Shown here: in pieces, positions 59,812 through 64,000 of the stretch
Layout: each line of letters starts with the position of its first letter
Numbering within the stretch: position 1 is the stretch's first letter
From: Candidatus Melainabacteria bacterium 17Bon1m
GTDB lineage: Bacteria; Cyanobacteriota; Vampirovibrionia; Obscuribacterales; Obscuribacteraceae
Assembly (NCBI GenBank): GCA_032128875.1
Contig: JAVLKG010000004.1
Location: 352,001-416,000 of the forward strand
Reading direction: 5' to 3'
Length of the DNA stretch: 64,000 nucleotides
The notes under the pieces: model-generated
The model's input: only the letters and a program-made list of their open reading frames with translations
What the model was told of the DNA's origin: nothing
Database searches by the model: none
Made by a program: the position numbers and the translations under genes

Positions 59812-60996
59812 CTACTTCGGGTTGCCGTCCTTCCCTAACGTCATGATTGGCGCAATGATTGTCGGATTTGTTGGCGCAGATTTGCCAACGGTTTGTCGCA
59901 AAATTGCACGTGAAACCAGGGGAACCGGATTAGTCACTTCCACATTGACCTGGAAGTCGTCGCTGCCTGTGTTTCTAGTGAGAAAAACGCGTTTGATTTC
60001 AACTTGATTGTCTATTTGCGCCAATGTGCTTAAAGCTACTGGAACATCCAATTTGACCTTGATGCCTTTGATGTCTTTGATTTCCGGATACTTTCCCTCA
60101 CCCAATGTCATACTAATTGCGCCGAGTTCTATGCTTTTCAGCTTGATACCAGCGGCTAGTTCTCTTTGGTCTTTGAAGGGCAATTCGACTGTACCGTCTC
60201 TGTCAATCACGATGCGATCGCCAGAAACTTTTGAAAAGCTTTTGATGCCACCAACAGCTTTATCTACGAGCTTTGCTGCTTCATGATCTAATTCGACGCC
60301 ACTCATTGTAAGGGTCATTTTGACGAGCTTCACCGGATCTTTCGATTCGATTTTTGTTGGCGGCAAATGTTTCAGCGCTTCGTTGATTTTTACTATCGGC
60401 GATTCAAGCGCATTCTTTGCCCAAACTGCTTCGAATTGATCTTCCTGTCTTGGTTGGTAGAACGACTCGACTGCAGTTGCTCTTATATTTTGACGTTCTG
60501 CTGAATTGGGATCGAAATGAGTCGGACCTTGGCGTGGGTGACATCGCATACATTTTTGTGGATCCGGAATTTCTTTCATTGTAGGAATCGAATCCAGACC
60601 TTTGACCAACTTGCCAATTTTTGCGTTTAGCTCATTTGTTCCCGGCATTAATTTTTCTATTGCTTGCCTGCTAGCAGCTTTCTCTTCTTCTGTGCTCGCG
60701 CACGAGTAGTTACGCCGCTGACGCCTTAGTTCGTCTCTTTCTTCAGGCTTGAGCTTTGCTTCAGCCTGATTTCTTCGGCCCTGCAGCCAGTAAATTTCTT
60801 CCGTGTTGGCGAAGTATTCGTCGCTTCGATCTTGCCGGAAATCTAGAGAGCGAAAGTTTTCAAAACCGTCGAGTCGTTTTCCCGCTCCGATGCCGAGTTT
60901 TCCATCGTCTTGCATTTGCAGGAGAAACTTCTTAAATGCTTCGTCCTGCGCTGGTTTGGGTGCACCTGGTCGTGCTACTTCAATTGGATCTGCCAT
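59812..60996 (-). CDS. hypothetical protein
   Basis: 394-aa ORF; single CMRCH motif; no signal peptide. Confidence 0.75.
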   Translation of the reverse strand: MADPIEVARPGAPKPAQDEAFKKFLLQMQDDGKLGIGAGKRLDGFENFRSLDFRQDRSDEYFANTEEIYWLQGRRNQAEAKLKPEERDELRRQRRNYSCASTEEEKAASRQAIEKLMPGTNELNAKIGKLVKGLDSIPTMKEIPDPQKCMRCHPRQGPTHFDPNSAERQNIRATAVESFYQPRQEDQFEAVWAKNALESPIVKINEALKHLPPTKIESKDPVKLVKMTLTMSGVELDHEAAKLVDKAVGGIKSFSKVSGDRIVIDRDGTVELPFKDQRELAAGIKLKSIELGAISMTLGEGKYPEIKDIKGIKVKLDVPVALSTLAQIDNQVEIKRVFLTRNTGSDDFQVNVEVTNPVPLVSRAILRQTVGKSAPTNPTIIAPIMTLGKDGNPK

Positions 60997-61193
60997 GAGA
61001 ATGTACCTGGGAGGTCGTGTCCGTATCTATACAGCCGACTCTCTCTTTAGACAGATTCCATGCGACTCTTGAGAGAAACTTTGTTTTGTTTGTTGCAATA
61101 AAATTGAAACAAATGGGTGATAATTGCCAGCATCCACTAGCGGCTCTTTGCGATCGGTTAAAATTGGCAGGACTGAAAAAAGAGGAAGGTGGA

Positions 61194-61691
61194 ATGCGTC
61201 AGCTACTGGTTTTGATGATTGTTTTGCTCTTGCATTTGAGTTCAGTTGCGCCAGCAGGTGCAACTGGTCCCTTTACTTACCGAGCACTTAAGGGCATTGA
61301 ACAAGTCACTGTCACTATGGAACACATTGCACCAGAGTTAAAGCCAGTCATTGACTCAAACAAACTTCAAGCGGCAATTGAGTTGCGTCTGAGACAAAGT
61401 GGTTTAAAGGTTAGTTCTTCTGCAAAAGACGCCTCATTTGGTTCTGTTGTTTTCGTCAATGTTTACGCAACTCAGCCAAACCCGAACACGCCATTGAATC
61501 ACTTTATCGATGTTTGCTTGTCGCGCAATGTTTTCCTCTCACCGACTGACTCAAAACCTTACGGCTCCAAAGTTTGGCAAACTGGAGCAATGGGACAGCT
61601 TGATTCGAGCAAACTAAAACAGTTTCCTGCCAAAGTTCTCGCTTCTGTGGATGAATTTATCAAAGACTGGAAAGCCGCAAACGGGCGCTAA
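61194..61691 (+). CDS. hypothetical exported protein
   Basis: MRQLLVLM.. signal peptide; GGAAGGTGG RBS. Confidence 0.75.
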   Translation: MRQLLVLMIVLLLHLSSVAPAGATGPFTYRALKGIEQVTVTMEHIAPELKPVIDSNKLQAAIELRLRQSGLKVSSSAKDASFGSVVFVNVYATQPNPNTPLNHFIDVCLSRNVFLSPTDSKPYGSKVWQTGAMGQLDSSKLKQFPAKVLASVDEFIKDWKAANGR

Positions 61692-61751
61692 AAACGGTTT
61701 GGCTGAGAATGCTTTCTGAGACGATATCTCCCTTAAAATATCGTCGAAGTC

Positions 61752-62756
61752 TCAATGCGCCTCAAGCTTCTTGATCATCGTGTCTAGGTGGCCGGCATAT
61801 TCGCGCTCCGATTCCGACGTTTTCACATTTTTCCTTTGTCCTCGTAAGACCTTCAACGCTTCGTCTCTGACCCACGATGGGCAGGCTGCGTCTACTTTCA
61901 GATGCGCAAAAGCAAGACCAATGAGGCAAGGTCCGTAGGTATCGTGCAGGTCGTCCTCAGGCGGGTTCGACACTCCCCACTCCCGCATGAGACGCTCGAA
62001 AAATTTCTTGCTGTCACCGGTTTTGTTTCTCTTGCGCCAACGCTGGAAGTGCTCCAACACGTCCGCTCCCTCATCATTTCCGTGAGGAGCATACTCATTA
62101 ACACAATCCCAATAGAACAAGTCATCCAAAGTCTCTCGAGCCTGAGGATGGTACTCGCTCCAATCAATATGCAAGTCGTCCCAGCTTTCTGCCTTCTTTG
62201 ACTCTTCTGGTTTTGAATTCAATGCGGTCGCGTATTCCTTCAATGATTCATCAGTACTCGGCAAGTCCTTGAACCTCAACGCTGCCCATTCAAGAAAGCT
62301 ATCGAAATTGAAGTCATCAACTTTGGCCAGCCGTTTCCTAAAACTGGGAACGATCTCAAGCAACTCAGAGCAGAAGCGCTGAAGCAATTGAGCATCATAA
62401 GTGTGTCGGCGACGCTCTAGGTCGTCTCTCCAATTCGCGTTGAATCCAGGTTGGGCATTGTACCGCACGCATTCTAAATCATCTCCCATGCAGACGTTGC
62501 TCACGTATTCGATTTCGACGAGTTTCATCTTGTTTAGGACTTTTACTTTCGGCAATTTTGATAACTGCGCATTGTACCCGTCGAGTATTTGAGGAAATCC
62601 GTCCCATCCTTTCACATTGCGGAAATGCGGTTTTACAAATAACAATGCGGGATTCGGACCAAAGTCCGGAGCACCTTCTTCGAGAAATGCTCCTGCGTAG
62701 CAGAATGGTCCGAAGTTTACGGACCTGAGTGTCTTTGACATGATTTGGATTTTCAA
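61752..62756 (-). CDS. hypothetical protein with YfeS-like C-terminal domain
   Basis: HP..FYWDC.NEYAPHGNDEGADVL motif. Confidence 0.6.
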   Translation of the reverse strand: MKIQIMSKTLRSVNFGPFCYAGAFLEEGAPDFGPNPALLFVKPHFRNVKGWDGFPQILDGYNAQLSKLPKVKVLNKMKLVEIEYVSNVCMGDDLECVRYNAQPGFNANWRDDLERRRHTYDAQLLQRFCSELLEIVPSFRKRLAKVDDFNFDSFLEWAALRFKDLPSTDESLKEYATALNSKPEESKKAESWDDLHIDWSEYHPQARETLDDLFYWDCVNEYAPHGNDEGADVLEHFQRWRKRNKTGDSKKFFERLMREWGVSNPPEDDLHDTYGPCLIGLAFAHLKVDAACPSWVRDEALKVLRGQRKNVKTSESEREYAGHLDTMIKKLEAH

Positions 62757-62961
62757 AGTTGTGGCTCCGCCCGTGGTTTCATTTTACCAGTGCGATTGTT
62801 GAACTCTCCGTCTGCGGGCTATGAAGCAATCAACTCGTTTCTTGGCGGCTCAAAGATTGCCGAGGGTGCAACCACAGGCGATGCTAACAAATGCCCCAAT
62901 ACAGAGGAAGCGAAGTGCCTCTAAGAAATAAATAAAAGGTTGCCCGCGCACCGTCTGCCTC

Positions 62962-63071
62962 TCTGCCGGAATACCGCCGAACGAGGGGGCCATAGCGAAG
63001 CCTGCCGAAGGCATCCGGTAGGACTTGGGCTTCGCTATGGGCGTTCTGTGGTAGGCTCACCGCCGGGCAGA
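62962..63071. other. long GC-rich nested hairpin
   Basis: 14-bp core stem plus three outer helices. Confidence 0.6.
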
Positions 63072-63174
63072 ATAGAAGGGGCTACCCTAGCTGACCTCCG
63101 GAGGCTGGAGTCGATCTAACCTACGCAGTACAATAGGAGAATAAGGTGGCTGCAGTAGCAGATAGGGTTCAGAG

Positions 63175-63630
63175 GTGATCAACAGAAGTCGGTGGCTTTC
63201 TTTCAGTCTCGGATTGATCAGCTGTCCCCTGCTGATGTACGGTTGCTGCGCTTTCGGTCCTGTGGCTGGACATAGCGTGGTTCTGCAGAAAGCAGTATCC
63301 CCTGAAGGCAAATATGTTGCTTCTGTGGTGACTTGGAGTCAAGGCGCATTGGGCCGTCACAGGGACTGGGTCACTGTCGATCGAGTATCAGACAGAGCCG
63401 ATCCGCGTTCTAACGGTCACGTCGTTTACGCTCAAGAGGATAGCTGTGGTGAATCCATCAAATGGAAGGGCGTCAACAGACTTCTAATCACTTACCAAAT
63501 TTCAGTCGGTGGCATCAATCGTCCGCAGTATGTTACACAGTCGAATACGACCAAAGACGGTAGCGTCGCCATTGAGTATGCGATTGGAGATCCCTGGCAA
63601 GAAAGGGAGCAGCAGCAGCATGGTCAGTAG
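63175..63630 (+). CDS. hypothetical exported or lipoprotein
   Basis: signal-like N-terminus with Cys; SPEGKY; IKWK..NRLL. Confidence 0.7.
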   Translation: MINRSRWLSFSLGLISCPLLMYGCCAFGPVAGHSVVLQKAVSPEGKYVASVVTWSQGALGRHRDWVTVDRVSDRADPRSNGHVVYAQEDSCGESIKWKGVNRLLITYQISVGGINRPQYVTQSNTTKDGSVAIEYAIGDPWQEREQQQHGQ

Positions 63631-64000
63631 AATTAGCTGGACTTGGCATTGGGGTTCCTTCGGTGCGGGACTGCTTTTGTCACTCGTGCTGGTAATTGCT
63701 TGGGGCGTTATGAGGGCGTACCAGAGCTACGATCTGGCGAAAGCCACTATCTCAAAACTCCAGGAAAAGTTGACGCCCGATGGCAAGCTAAAAGCTTTGG
63801 TTTTCCGTGAAGAGGCAAATGGATTTGACCCAAGAGAGCTTGTGGTAGTCGTCCAAGCATCTCACGACTTTCGTCCCAAAGGTGTTATGAGCAAATCTCT
63901 GGCTGATAGCAACGAACCCGATCTGTGCTGTTTTATCTTGGGTCGAGCAGACGTGGAAATCAAATGGAAACAGAATAACCGATTGCTTGTTTTATACTCC
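63620..64000 (+). CDS. paralogous membrane-anchored protein, 3' truncated by window edge
   Basis: manual translation MVSRISWTW..TPDGKLKALV..IKWKQNNRLLVY, open to the end; GGGAG RBS. Confidence 0.7.
   Translation, partial: MVSRISWTWHWGSFGAGLLLSLVLVIAWGVMRAYQSYDLAKATISKLQEKLTPDGKLKALVFREEANGFDPRELVVVVQASHDFRPKGVMSKSLADSNEPDLCCFILGRADVEIKWKQNNRLLVLYS

Noticed and set aside
59812-60996. Cytochrome c call from the CMRCH motif
   Set aside because: Single motif, no export signal, no supporting context
63004-63030. SRP RNA (ffs) because of TCCGGTAGGA
   Set aside because: Lacks the CAGG and AGCA internal-loop nucleotides and a GNRA loop
62976-63049. Integron attC site (GCCGAAC...GTTCTGT)
   Set aside because: Spacers between R and L boxes are asymmetric, no integrase, single copy
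1-64000. CRISPR array, rRNA, tRNA, transposase, integrase or reverse transcriptase
   Set aside because: No repeat-spacer array, cloverleaf or matching protein motifs seen by eye

Overview
A 64 kb chromosomal window with mid-range GC (by eye) and about 70 protein-coding genes. The gene mix (Hanks-type kinase, LRR protein, RRM RNA-binding protein, long signal-less hypotheticals, YD-like repeat protein) suggests a Melainabacteria/Obscuribacterales-like bacterium; this is inference only. Recognisable loci are a tandem PF10127/RlaP-like nucleotidyltransferase pair, a stress-type cluster at 3.7-10.8 kb, a PaoABC-like aldehyde oxidoreductase with XdhC and MocA, umuDC, ppk2, two two-component systems, otsA, paaN, a TetR-RND efflux locus, tag and a patatin. 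No rRNA, tRNA, CRISPR array, transposase or integrase was seen. The most interesting signals are mostly outside the ORF track. (1) A 150-nt multi-stem RNA-like element with an 8-bp kissing pair lies between convergent genes at 38.7 kb. (2) Six GGAAC(N)-N16-(G/C)TC ECF-type promoters define a probable regulon that includes an unlisted 55-aa ORF and its 64-aa paralogue. (3) Two sRNA-like units sit in tandem at 35.1-35.45 kb. (4) A TetR-type operator is duplicated 43 kb away. (5) SUI1/YciH is fused to a catalytically dead LMW-phosphatase-like domain. (6) The UmuD lacks its catalytic lysine. All family calls come from motif recognition by eye, not database searches.
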